Below are positions 1-12,259 of a stretch of 64,000 bases of DNA, piece by piece. Under the pieces are notes generated by a model that did not search any database, was not told the DNA's origin, and worked only from the letters and a program-made list of their open reading frames with translations. The translations under genes were made by a program, and so were the position numbers. The DNA lies in NCBI GenBank assembly GCA_010909165.1, contig MU008155.1, positions 1,984,001 to 2,048,000 of the forward strand, read 5' to 3'. The stretch is from Anthoceros angustus (lineage: Eukaryota > Plantae > Anthocerotophyta). Each line of letters opens with the position of its first letter. The stretch's first letter is position 1.

Positions 1-102
1 AGGCAAGCTGGTCCCATATCTCAGTGGCAACTGATCAACAACTCGACATCAGGTACGAGGTTTGCATCTAACTCACTAATTAACTAGGCTATAGCAACCG
101 AA

Positions 103-309
103 TTAAGGTGATCCCACTTGTCTGTCTGCTTGTGAGCGTGGTGGGGTGCTGGCAGGATCAGGTTTCTTGAGTGTACCATCAACCACGAACCAAACACCAC
201 GAGCTACAAAGGTGGATTTCATCTGAACCCTCCAGACCTGGTATTCTGTCCCATTGGACCGATCTCCTTCCAGCTCAGAGGTAAATATGGGACCTGTCGA
301 ACCAGACAT
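103..309 (-). mobile_element. Ty1/Copia gag N-terminal fragment (element runs off the window start)
   Basis: EYQVWRVQMKSTFVARGVWFVVDGTLKKPDP matches the Copia gag N-terminal pattern (Y..W...M...L....W..VDG...P). The frame breaks at ~103. Confidence 0.7.
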
Positions 310-1230
310 AGCTCCATATGCTATGGAGTGAGTTTGAATGTTCTAAACGGTGGGCTAGCTGAATTGCTGAATGAGATGGTTCAATACACCAAAGGACATA
401 AAGGAGTAGCTCTCCCTTCAAGGTTATGACTGAAAGAGAAGGGCACTAACTGTAGCCTTCAGACCGTGATCTTCGTGTTGGTGTGATAATTCTAATGCTC
501 GTGGTGTAGGGAGAGGGAATGTTGGGTGATGCTAGGGTGGATGCAAACATCAAGAGTGTGTGTGCCTATCTTAGCCCCACCTCAGCATTGACCTCCTTCC
601 AACAATATGGTAAAAGCAAGTCACAAAAACAGCAAAGGTCAGCCGGAATCAATTGGGGAGGTATCAAACTTACAGGTAAACAGACTACTTCATGTTTCAT
701 GTAGTTTGCAAAGACATAGACCCTATTCTAACCGCCACTTCCTGTTTCAGGTGAAGTATTGCGACGGTTGATAGCTCTTTCTCAAGAGCAGGGGATGCGA
801 GAGGTTGCAGGTGTCGTCGAGGATGGCGACCATTGGTGAGGTGGAACCATCACACCACTGTTCCACAAACCTCACGATGCCTTAGCTCTCGCCACTCCCA
901 CGCCGCGCAGCGAGAGAACGGCCGGAACCTCCAAAGACTAGTAAAATTGCTAACAAGGCATGTCCATGCTCCAATGATCGATTGGAGCAAGCTATGTTTG
1001 CAATGGTCATCACCAAGGGATATCTTCTCATTTTTTGATCATTTGACAATATATCTTGTCACTTTTTGATTATTTGACAAGATATCTTACCACTTTTTGA
1101 TCATTTGATAAGATATCTTGTCATATCTGAGTATAAAATGAGAGGTGATATAACAGCTCCTTCACATTTTACGTGATCCTAGAAGTAGTAAATAAATACC
1201 ATCAAGATTGGAATGAAAAGCATGAATGAC

Positions 1231-2870
1231 TCAATTGATACTAGTAGGTCCATCAAGTAGAAAGGATAATACCTCTATGATAGACCACCATTTCCCTGTC
1301 TGAGCAATGGTATACTTTTCTATCCATCCAACTCTTGATGCAAACTTCCGCTTGTTGCGTTTGTGAGAGAATAATTTTGCAAGCACACGATTAACATTTT
1401 GATATCTCAAAATTATAGGGTTACTTGCATTTGGCCTCAAATTAATCTCATGCCACCCCAAATCTCCATAACTAGCTTGTGAATCTCCAATCATCTGCTC
1501 CTGAAATGCTATCAACTCATCCACAGTATGAACCTTCACATCACTCAAATTAAATTTAGGATGAAACAAGCAACGAAACAATGCAGAAACATCCCTTTCA
1601 AACATTCCTACACCATTTCTATAGTCCATGATAACTTTGACCAAATGCAAGGTTGAATTAAAGGCCTTGGAAGTAAGCTCAGCCAAGACACGGTCACCAG
1701 TACTGCTCTCCACGTCATCTCCACTCCCACTTTCTCTGGAGCTGATTGTAGTAGTAGAGGTTGCCAAGTTGCTTTTCTCCGATGGCATGTTCTGTCCCTC
1801 CAAGATGATCTTATCAAGTCTTTCCCCTTCCTTTGTATCAACATTAGTCCTTTCCTTTTCCTCATGTTCAGCTCTTTCCCTTTCCTCATGGTCAGCTCTT
1901 TCCCTTTCCTCATGGTCAGCGCTTTCCCTTTCCTCATGGTCAGCCCTTTCCCTTTCCTCATTTATGGTCAGTTGTTTTCCTTTCCTCCCTATCAATATTA
2001 GTCCTTTCCCAATTCTCCGGTCTGCTCTTTCCCTTTCCTCTGTCACACGAAGTAAGCACTTGAATTCATATAAGCACTTCCTCGACAAACCAAGCAAAAC
2101 AAATCTGGCGGTTATATAGGTGCAAACCGTGAGGGAGGCTACATCGCGCACAAACACACTCTCCCACGAACAACAGCAATTTACACATCGCCTCGGGTCA
2201 TGGCTTTGGCCTCCTCACAACACCCTTGCATTGTATATCTAGAGGACAAGCTATGATCTGAGCTTGTCCTCAGTGGAAGGGTTTATATATCCTAGCCCTT
2301 GGCATCGGCATATTCCTAAGATATCCTATTGGCATCAGCATATACCGGAAATATTTTAAGAATACACTATAATATGCAAGTAGTATGCCAAAGCATATTA
2401 CTTGAGCTTATCCACTTAGCTATTGCTAACCATGTTTAATTAACACTAATCAATGCTTAATTAACATAAGCACCTTAGATTAATTAACAACAATTATTTA
2501 CTTAAAGATAAGTGATTAAATTAATTAATGCTAATCAAACACTAAACCCAAGTGCAGAGATTAGTATCACATGGCATGACACCTCCCTATCAACATTAGT
2601 CCTTTCCCATTCCCCCGGTCTGCTCTTTCCTCCCTGTCAACATTAGTACGTTCTGTTTCCTCTCTGTCCACATTCCTTCGTTGAGCATTCTGACATCTAA
2701 AGCTATTGTGCGTATTTTTTTATCTGATATTGGAGACAATCCCACACCTCCATCATGCACATATAACTTTGAGGCAGACCCTAGATGCGATGTTATACGC
2801 TCAGAGCTCAAATTTTCATTTTGTCAATGACATTGCAACCATTGTTGTTGATCAATGCATGAAAAGATAA
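1231..2870 (-). pseudogene. Plavaka/CACTA-like transposase remnant, interrupted by a solo LTR
   Basis: GWHEINL..IILRYQNVNRVLAKLFSH..F..YTIAQTGKWW resembles the Plavaka N-terminal Y(R)..v...LF..p.F and TG.WW motifs. 24-bp EERERADH repeats at ~1845-1965. Reading continues across the LTR at 2041-2581. Confidence 0.45.
2041..2581. mobile_element. Solo LTR (TGTCA...TGACA) with 4-bp TSD CCTC
   Basis: Starts tgtcacacga and ends ggcatgaca. CCTC at 2037-2040 and 2582-2585. Degraded copies at ~4120-4640 and 4861-5338. Confidence 0.8.
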
Positions 2871-5800
2871 TGAATAGAGAAGTGTCAGTGACCGCGTCCT
2901 GAGTGTGTGGAATGGAGCATAGTAATGGACTTGTGGCTCAAACGCTATCCCCGACTCCGGACTCTCGCGTCAAGAATGGTCGGAGGTGGTCTTGTGTTCA
3001 TGACTTATCCTCGGAGGAGGAGGGAAGCCGTTGAAGAACAAAACACTTGATTGCAAAATCCGATATAGATTTGGAAGTAACGGAGAGAGGCCTAGTGCTA
3101 TCATGTTGGAAGTAAGGCAAGCCGCATAAGCTATGTTGCAATGGTCATCACCAAGGATATCTTCTCATTTTTGATCATTTGACAATATATCTTGTCACTT
3201 TTGATTATTTGACAAGATATCTTACCACTTTTGATCATTTGATAAGATATCTTGTCATATCTGAGTATAAAATGAGAGGTGATATATGACTCCTTCACAT
3301 TTTCGTGATCCTAGAAGTAGTAAATAAATACCATCAAGATTGGAATGAAAAGCATGAATGACTCAATTGATACTAGTAGGTCCATCAAGTAGAAAGGATA
3401 ATACCTCTATGATAGACCACCATTTCCACTCGAGCAATGGTATACTTTTCTATCCATCCAACTCTTGATGCAAACTTCCGCATTGCGTTTGTGAGAATAA
3501 TTTTGCAAGCACACGATTAACATTTGATATCTCAAAATTATAGGGTTACTTTGGCCTCAAATTAATCTCATGCCACCCCAAATCTCCATAACTGTGAATC
3601 TCAATCATCGCTCTGAAATGCTATCAACTCATCCACAGTGATGAACCTTCACATCACTCAAATTAAATTTAGGATGAAACAACGAAACAATGCGAAACAT
3701 CCCTTTCAAACATTCCTACACCATTTCTATAGTCCATGATAACTTTGACCAAATGCAAGGTTGAATTAAAGGCCTTGGAAGTAAGCCGAACACGGTCACC
3801 AAGATCGCTCTCCACGTCATCTCCACTCCCACTTTCTCTGTGATTGTAGTAGAGGTTGCCAAGTTGCTTTTCTCCGATGGCATCCCTCAAGATGATCTTA
3901 TCAAGTCTTTCCCTTCCTTTGTATCATTAGTCCTTTCCTTTCCTCATGTTCGCTCTTTCCTTTCCTCATGGTCGCCTTTCCTTTCCTTAATTGACTCTTT
4001 CCTTTCCTCATAATTGTGCTTTCCTTTCCTCATATTTTTCCTTTCCTCATTTATGATTGTTTTTTCCTCCCTATCAATATTAGTCCTTTCCCAATTCTCC
4101 GATGCGCTCTTTCCTTTCTACGTACCGAAGTAAGCGCGAATTCATATAAGCACTTCCTCGACAAGCAACCAAGCAAAACAAATCTGTCGCGATTATATAG
4201 GTGCAAACCAATGACGGGAGGAGTAACTTGCACATCGCGCACAAACACACTCTCCCACGAACACGAATTTACACGCCGGAGTCATGGCTTTGGCCTCCTC
4301 CAACACCTGCATTGTATCTAGAGGACAAGCTATGATCGTCCTCGATGGAAGGGTTTATATATCCAGCCCTTGGCATCGGTCCTAAGATATCCTATTGGCA
4401 TCGATATCACGGAAATATTTTAAGAATACACTATAATATGCAAGTAGTATGCCAAAGCATATTACTTGAGCTTATCCATAACAGCTGCTAACCATGTTTA
4501 ATTAACACTAATCAATGCTTAATTAACATAAGCACCTTAGATTAATTAACAACAATTATTTACTTAAAGATAAGTGATTAATTAATTAATGCTAATCAAA
4601 CACTAAACCCAAGTGCAGATTAGTATCACATGGCATGACACCTCCCTATCAACATTAGTCCTTTCCCATTCTCGGCTGCTCTTTCCTCATGTTCGCTCTT
4701 TCCTTTCCTCATGGTCGCCTCTTTCCTTCCTCATGGTCGGCTCTTTCCTTTCCTCATGGTCCCTTTCCTCATGGTCACTCTTTCCCTTCCTCATTTATGG
4801 TCGTTGTTTTCCTTTCCTCCCTATCAATATTAGTCCTTTCCCAATTCCTGCGCTACCGCCTGTCAAGACGAGAAGACTATAAGCACTTCGACAAACCAAG
4901 CAAAACAAATCCACTGGAGATATAGGTGCAACAGGAGGGTAGCTTGCACATCGCGCACAAACACACTCTCCCACGAGAACAACAATCTGGCCTGGCTCCT
5001 CACAACACCTTGCATTGTATCTAGAGGACAAGCTATGATCGAGCTGTCCTCGATGGAAGGGTTTATATATCCTAGCCCTTGGCATCGGCATATTCCTAAG
5101 ATATCCTAAGCACGCGCACAGGATTTTAAGAATACTATAATATGCAAGTAGTATGCCAAAGCATACTTGAGCTTATCCACTTAGCTATTGCTAACCATGT
5201 TTAATTAACACTAATCAATGCTTAATTAACACCTAGATTAATTAACAACAATTATTTACTTAAAGATAAGTGATTAATTAATTAATGCTAATCAAACACT
5301 AAACCCAAGTGCAGAGATTAGTATCACATGGCATGACACCTCCCTATCAACATTAGTCCTTTCCCATCTCTGCCTCGCTCTTTCCTCCCTCAACATTAGT
5401 ACGTTTGCTTCTCTGTCCACATTCCTTCGTTGAGCATTCTGACATCTAAAGCTATTGTGCGTATTTTTTTATCTGATATTGGAGACAATCCCACACCTCC
5501 ATCATGCACATATAACTTTGAGGCAGACCCTAGATGCGATGTTATCTGCTCAGGAGCTCAAATTTTTCATTTTGTCAATGACATTGCAACCATTGTTGTT
5601 GATCAATGCATGAAAAGATAATGAATAGAGAAGTGTCACAGTGACCGCGTCCTCGGAGTGTGTGGAATGGAGCATAGTAATGGACTTGTGGCTCAAACGC
5701 TATCCCCGACTCCGGACTCTCGCGTCAAGAATGGTCGGAGGTGGTGCTGTGTGTTTCATGACTTATCCTCAGAGGAGGAGGGAAGCCGTTGAAGAACAAA

Positions 5801-7225
5801 ACACTTGATTGCAAAATCCGATATAGATTTGGAAGTAACGGAGAGAGGCCTAGTGCTATCATGTTGGAAGTAAGGCAAGCCGCATAAGCTAGCTGTCGTA
5901 GGGTTTGACTGAAAGGCCTTAAGCCTTCAAAAACGGCAGCTGGAAAGGAAGGTGATGGGCACCTCATGAACTCAAGTTTCTTACGGACCCTATTGAAACT
6001 AGGGTTTAATGCAACCTCCCTACATACTCGAACAAGCATTCAAGCCCAAGTTACACCCATATAGAGCTGGAAAAAACGGGCGTATTGCAGGCTTAACCAA
6101 CACGGAACATCTGCGGTTCAAGAGAGGCTGCGTGTATTCTCCTGTGAATTGGGTGAAGGTGACCTTCGCTAGCCAGCCCTCCATCGATTGCACTTGGCGA
6201 ACAAGTGTGGATTCTCTGTTTACTAGTGGAATTATTGCTTGGCTTTTTGAGATTGACAGTCTTTGCCATTCCTTTTACGTTGCCCAAACCATGGCAAGCA
6301 AATGGTGAAGCAAAAAGGACCTCCTTGACGCCGACCCGAACCCTAGTGACTTGGTGGAGAAGCCACGGAGGCAGAAGAAATCGAGGAGCAAGAAAGATGC
6401 AAAAGCAACAGCCGAAGAACCTCCCGACAAATAGCGGTCACTGCCTCTGGGGCTGGCCATTCTTTGCAACCAGTAGAGCACGGTGGCAGGGGAAGAGGGA
6501 GGGGGCAGATAATGTCCGGGTCGCTCAATTCTGCGAAGGCAAGCACAATAAAGATAGCGGGAGGCGGTGGAGAGAAATCTGGCTTGTCGAAAGCCACAAA
6601 GGCAGGAAATCCAGATCCAAACCCCTCCCCATACACATATGAGGAGACGGTGTAGCTGCGGAGGCACACGAACCAAATTGAAGACAATGTGTTTTTGAAG
6701 GAGGATTGGATTTTGGCACAAACTGAGGAGCCGGAAGAAGAGACTGTGGTGTGGACGCCTATGCTAAAGCTTTGGATTTTTGGGTACAACGGTGCACTTC
6801 CAAACCAAGGGCAAGGGCAAGGTGGGTTTTCTGGGCAACTTTGAATGCAGGGCAAGAAGATGCAAAACTCTGGCTTCTTTGCACCTCACGGCCTTATGAA
6901 GTCGAAGCTTTGGCGTTAACGTTAGATGATTATAGTGCTTATAGTGGCCTGCTTCCACAGCAAGAAATGTGAACCTAAGGAATTGTCAACTACTTTCCGA
7001 GAAGTTTTACGAGCACATAATGTTAGTATCCATCTTTCTTGTGTTGCAGTAGTCAACTTGCTTTGATGCAGGTGTCACAATCTAACAGTGTGATTGATGT
7101 TTGTTATGGCCAGAGTGGAAGAACAATTTACAGAAGTTTGTGTGAGGTGAGTTTATTGTCAGCTACCGTCGAGAGATGTTCTTGAGGAGGACAAGACAAG
7201 GACTTCCAAACTTTGCTATGGATAT

Positions 7226-7862
7226 TGTCATGTCGTGTGATACTAATCTCTGCACTTGGGTTTAGTGTTTGATTAGCATTAATTAATCTAATTACTTATC
7301 TTTAAGTAAGTAATTAGTGTTAATTAATCTAAGGTGCTTATGTTAATTAAGCATTGATTAGTGTTAATTAAACATGGTTAGCAATAGCTAAGTGGATAAG
7401 CTCAAGTAATATGCTTTGGCATATTCCTTGCATTATAGTGTATTCTTAGGATACAATAGCTAAGTGGATAAGCTCAAGCAATATGCTTTGGCATATTCCT
7501 TGCATTATAGTGTATTCTTAGGATATTTCGGCATATCGATGCCAATAGGATATCTTATGAATATGCCGATGCCAGTATAGTATATATAGACCCTTCCATT
7601 GAGGACAAGCTCAGATCATAGCTTGTCCTCTAGATATGCAATGCAAGGGTGTTGTGAGGAGGCCAAAGCTATGACTCCGAGAGCGATGTGTGAGGAATTT
7701 GTGTGTTGTTCTCATGGGGAGAGTGTGTTTATGCCACAACGTGCGAGCTACTCCCTCCTGTTGTTATTGGTTTGCACCTATATATCTGCGTATTAGATTT
7801 ATTTGCTTGGTTGCTGGTCGAGGAAGTGCTTACATGAATTCAAGTGCTTACCTCGTGCGACA
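7226..7862. mobile_element. Solo LTR of the same family, inverted orientation, 4-bp TSD ATAT
   Basis: Reverse complement of 2041-2581 (tgtcatgtcgtgtgatactaatc...cctcgtgcgaca). ATAT at 7222-7225 and 7863-7866. Internal ~73-bp tandem duplication at 7382-7525. Confidence 0.85.
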
Positions 7863-10043
7863 ATATAGAAAATGACGAGGCAGAGTTTGGCCCTTCTGAT
7901 GAGGAGCATAGGCCTATTCTTGAGTTGCTTGGTCACTCGGATGTGCAGGCCTCTGAAGAGGATGATGGAGATAAGGGAGATGAGGGAAGGGCCAACTATA
8001 CCTCACTTACAGCTCCAGGACCTTCCATGCTCGTCCCGATTATTGCATACATGTTGGACGATGAGGCAGGACGCCAGCATGCCGGTGCCCGGCATGCTAG
8101 AGGAAACAAGGATCTGGGGAGCCCTCAATTTAACCGGTTCATTTAGGGGTATGATCAAGCTGTGGTAGAGGATGGAGATAGGGTTGCCGTAGCTTTTCTA
8201 AAATCGACGCGAGGACGTCGACATCCCAACACCATGGGAGGAGTCCCTGTTCTGCACTCACGAGATGAGAGCGCTAGCGGGAACCCTAATCCACCAATAG
8301 GCTGACAGCAAAGGGGTAGATAGGGTGCCCATAGGCTCGAGTACCCTAATCTCTATCTACGGCATGATTGTCAACTGTTTCTTTTATTTCAATATGATTT
8401 TGACAGTCTAAATGGCTGTGAAATGTTCTGGTTTTGAAGGCCATAGTTCAGCCCACTACCCTGAGACTACTGTGACATTAGCACGGCAATTGCATGAGAA
8501 ACAAGAACTAACTAGGTAGCAATATTGTGTGGACATAAAAGATCGTTCAAAACTTGCAGAGTTCTTTTTGCATAAATGACTTGACCATTCTACATATTCT
8601 TGGTACCATTGGAGGGAGCACAATAATATAAGAGTGAACTTTAACCCCCGAATTTCCCGAGGCCTGTTGGGAGCCTGCTGGGAAGTTGCGATGACCCTCT
8701 TGTTTGTCATGCTCGCAACTTGTTCGTAAGCCTCAAACTCGGCTATCCTTGTATATTAATAATAGAAACAAATATTAATTTTTTGTAAAAATAATAGCTT
8801 TTATGAGTTTTAACCTTAATATCTTACCTCCCAACAATCTAACAAATATGAACCCATAGAATAGACATTAAAGTTTGCTCAAGAATCTCAAGAACAAGTT
8901 GTACAATTTGACCAGATGACTTGCATATAAGAATCTTAGTTGAGTTATGAATTACCGGTATGCGAAAGATTATTTGTGACGCGTTGTAGTCACACTTTCC
9001 ACCCACGCGGCCCCGGCACATGCCCGGGAGCGAAACTGGAATATGTGAGGCGCGGAGAAACACAAGAGGCGGCGAGGCCGCGTCAAGTGAAGTTCCCAAG
9101 AGGGAGAGAGGAGTTGGTTGAAAGGGAAGGGCGCGGACCGGGACCGGGACTTGGACTGGGACTGGGACTGGGACTGGGGCTGGGACCGGGAGCTGGTTAC
9201 CAGTGTGATTCCCTGAGCGGGCGGTTGGAGCCCGGCGTGCCATTGATTAACGAGGACGGTCCCGAGGAAGTGGGACAGACGAGGAGGACGGCCCCACACC
9301 TGATTCAAATTGCTGTTGCGACCACATGCGGCGGCACATGGCGACATTTCTCCCGCCCTGGCCACTTCTTTGTGGTGGCAGAGTAAAGCGGCAAATGTCG
9401 GGCCTAAGGGCCGGGGGGACCAATTGGTGCTGGGGTCGTGCAGCAAGGGAGTGGCTACTAGCTTACAACCTGCTGGCAGCCGAGCCCGCGGCCCGCTGCT
9501 TTTCACCTGCCCGTTCTGGCGCTAGATATGTACTGTATCTTGTATCTGGTTGCGCACCACAACCACTTGAGGACTGGAACGTTATGTGGAATAAAATGGG
9601 GTGGTAGAGAGAGAGAGTGTAGACAGAGAGGGAAAGAGGGGGGCCCAGCCAGAGGCCCAGACAGCACGCACAGCGGAGCATCGCTCGCGCTCCCGCTTCG
9701 CTTCCCTCCGAGCTGCCTGCCAGCCACCTGTGCTTGCCTGAGTCGCGACTCCTTTCTTCTTTCGTTGCCTTGTGTCCAGTGCTTGCTATTCCATGCACGC
9801 GCTCGGCCTGGCAGCACCGTCATCCTGCGCTGTCACCGCCTGCCCCGAGCTCTTTTTTAGAGCGCGGCGCGAGCTCCTGCGCACCACTGGTTTCTGCTCT
9901 TGCTCTGCCCAGAGCTCCTGGTTGCCAGCTCCAGCCTCTGCGCTCGCCTGCTCTTCTGAGGCCTGCTCCGGCGCTGCTGCTCGGAGCTCTGCCCGCGCCT
10001 CTGCCGCCGCCGCTGCAGCGTCCAGCTTCCAGCTCCTTCATCC

Positions 10044-10536
10044 ATGGCCATGGGCGGCGCGATGCTTAGGCGCGGAGTCGCTCTCGTCTTCTTCGCCGTG
10101 CTCTGCATGGCTGCGATGGCGCCTGCTGCCCAGGCGGCCACCGCTCCCGCGCCTGCGCCCGTCAGTGACGGTGAGTTGCCTCCTTGCCCTTGTGTTCTTT
10201 GCTGCATTGGTTTTTCCTGTTACCTTTTGCTTGTTGACGGGCCGTTTCGGAGCTGCCTATTTCTCTTTTTATTTTTGTTGGTGAGCGGGCGCGGTTGCCG
10301 CGCTTTCCTCTCTTGTTGCTGTGGCGCCGGCGTTAGGGTTGCTGCTGTTTCTTGTTTTGATTGGGAATCGGTGTCTGGGTGTCGCGGCGAGTGCTCACCC
10401 CCGTGTTTTCTTTTGCTGTTTTGCAGGCATGGCTGTCGACCAGGGTATTGCTTACGTCCTGGTCTTCGCCGCCCTGGTTCTGACTTATCTCATCCACCCT
10501 CTGGACGCGTTCCCTTACACCCTTTTTCAGGCGTGA
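10044..10536 (+). CDS. Arabinogalactan peptide, AGP16/AGP20/AGP41-like (2 exons: 10044-10170, 10427-10536)
   Basis: Signal peptide followed by APAPAPVSD|GMAVDQGIAYVLVFAALVLTYLIHPLDA, the typical AG-peptide C-terminus. GT-AG intron 10171-10426. Confidence 0.92.
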
Positions 10537-12259
10537 TTGCGTGGGGAAAGCTTTTGAGGGGCTACACATGTGTCAGGGGCGGGATCCGAATCACTTGGTG
10601 CTTTGACGTCTTGAGCAGCTTCATGGATGTGGGCAGTGTTTTCTATCGTAGTTCAGATGTGTACAATAGGCTTCATGCCAAATTGATTCTTTCTGTCTCC
10701 TCGCGAGCAGATTAGCTCTCCTAGCTGTCGATGAATCGGGAGACTCTGTCGAACCACTTTTTGTGCTGTGTTGTGCAAATGATTGTTGTCACCAGTCTTT
10801 CTGGTTCGGCCTCATTCATTCCCTCAACCCTAAAATTGTTCGAGCAAGCTGCGTTTGCTTGCAAAACAGGCATTAAAACAGCAGTCGATATCTGTGTCCC
10901 TAAAAGATGTAGTTCGTACCTTAACCGAAACTGGGCTGGTATTTACCGTTGTGGTCTCGAAAGTAGCGGGAAATATCGCAGTCCGAGAGGCCTCGAGAAA
11001 TTACTCAAACAGCTGGGCTGAGACCGCCAGTTGTGTATTTTGTCGCACCCGCTTGATGGGAGCTTGTCTTGTCTGCAATTTCCTCGACTGTGGAGACCGA
11101 AACATGAAACAGGGCCACGTGTGTCTTGCACACTCCCGGCGGGCGAAGAGAAACCTCGGACGTTGAGATTCTGGAGTAGTCGTCACCAACCATGTTGTTT
11201 GGTACGTTTGTCAACTCTCATGGCGACACTTGTGTTTGTGATGTACACTTCGGAGACCTTGAATATATTTTTCCCATCTACCTTAAACACCGGTGTTCCC
11301 CTCCCCGATTTCGCTCACATGGCAAGCAAGAGGAACATGAGATACTTAAGCAAGCGCTGCCGCAATATCCCACCATATACGACTGCTGTCAATGACGTTA
11401 CCGTTTCAACTCTAGCTGATTGTAACACAGTATCTCGATGTATATTTCCAACAAAAGGTGTGGTGCACCAAATTAGAATCACAGCACTCTTCTGCTCCTG
11501 CTCTCCACACAGCAACGCAGGATGAGCCATGATTCCGATCATGTTTTCGTGCATAGTGCTGATTTGTGAAGACGCCAGATATTCTTCTTGATGCCGGCGT
11601 ATTGATAAACAAACCGTGCACAAAGAAGATCGCAGCTGGTCAAATAATTAAGACAAGGGCTAGGAAAGGGCAGTGCAAGTCAAGCAAGCACAGCCTTTCC
11701 AATTCTCAGCACTTTCAAAAGTATTTACAAAAGCCGGGCTATGAAAATAAATTGCATCGGCCCGCTCAGCCAAAAGTTAGCCGTGGTATTGTACATCAGT
11801 AATGACTAAATACTACGAAGTCAGTGTGTGTCGGCCGAGCTCACCACGCGTCCTGCAAATGTGCTTCACCTAGCGGCATGCTCCGACCTCCCCTGGAACA
11901 GCAAAGAGACGTGTACTTCACATCCACTGCTGACCTTTGAGCCCCTGAAATGACGAAGACATGAGGAATAAATCACTGTCCTACATGGGCTTGCTAGTAT
12001 GAATCCTCGACACTCCACATGATGCAGCAATACAGAAGTCCATTACTCGAGAAGTAAACATACATCGTGCCCAGGATCAGTATTGCATGGTGTGGGCACA
12101 GGCACAGATCTGCCAGTGCCGTTCGATTGCTTGGACCCATTAGCCACCCAATCTGAGTGCCATACCAGTTCAAAGGTGTCACTCCACTGGAAAAAGAGGG
12201 ATCCCTTTTCAAAAGGCAAGTGCCACAGCAATCTGCCCTTCAGCCCATGCAGAAACAGC

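Larger units (their letters stand above)
988..5891. repeat. Tandemly duplicated ~2.1-kb transposon-derived unit plus an extra partial copy
   Basis: 988-3133 is repeated from 3128, with AAGCTA at the junctions (~989, ~3128, ~5886). An extra LTR-containing partial copy lies at ~4641-5338. Later copies carry many 1-3 bp deletions. Confidence 0.9.

Noticed and set aside
1628-2119. Antisense ORFs over repeats and PPR genes (also 28216-28809, 33353-33889, 54306-55052)
   Set aside because: Shadow ORFs on the opposite strand of real or remnant coding sequence.
4120-5338. LTR-220 bp-LTR arrangement suggesting a TRIM
   Set aside because: The internal part is just the flanking transposase repeat sequence and I saw no PBS or PPT. 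It is explained by tandem duplication.
5900-8330. ORF fragments either side of the solo LTR at 7226
   Set aside because: Coding-like but broken, with no motif I can assign. Probably a decayed TE.
9135-9192. (GGGACT)n array with G-quadruplex potential
   Set aside because: A simple microsatellite with nothing indicating function.
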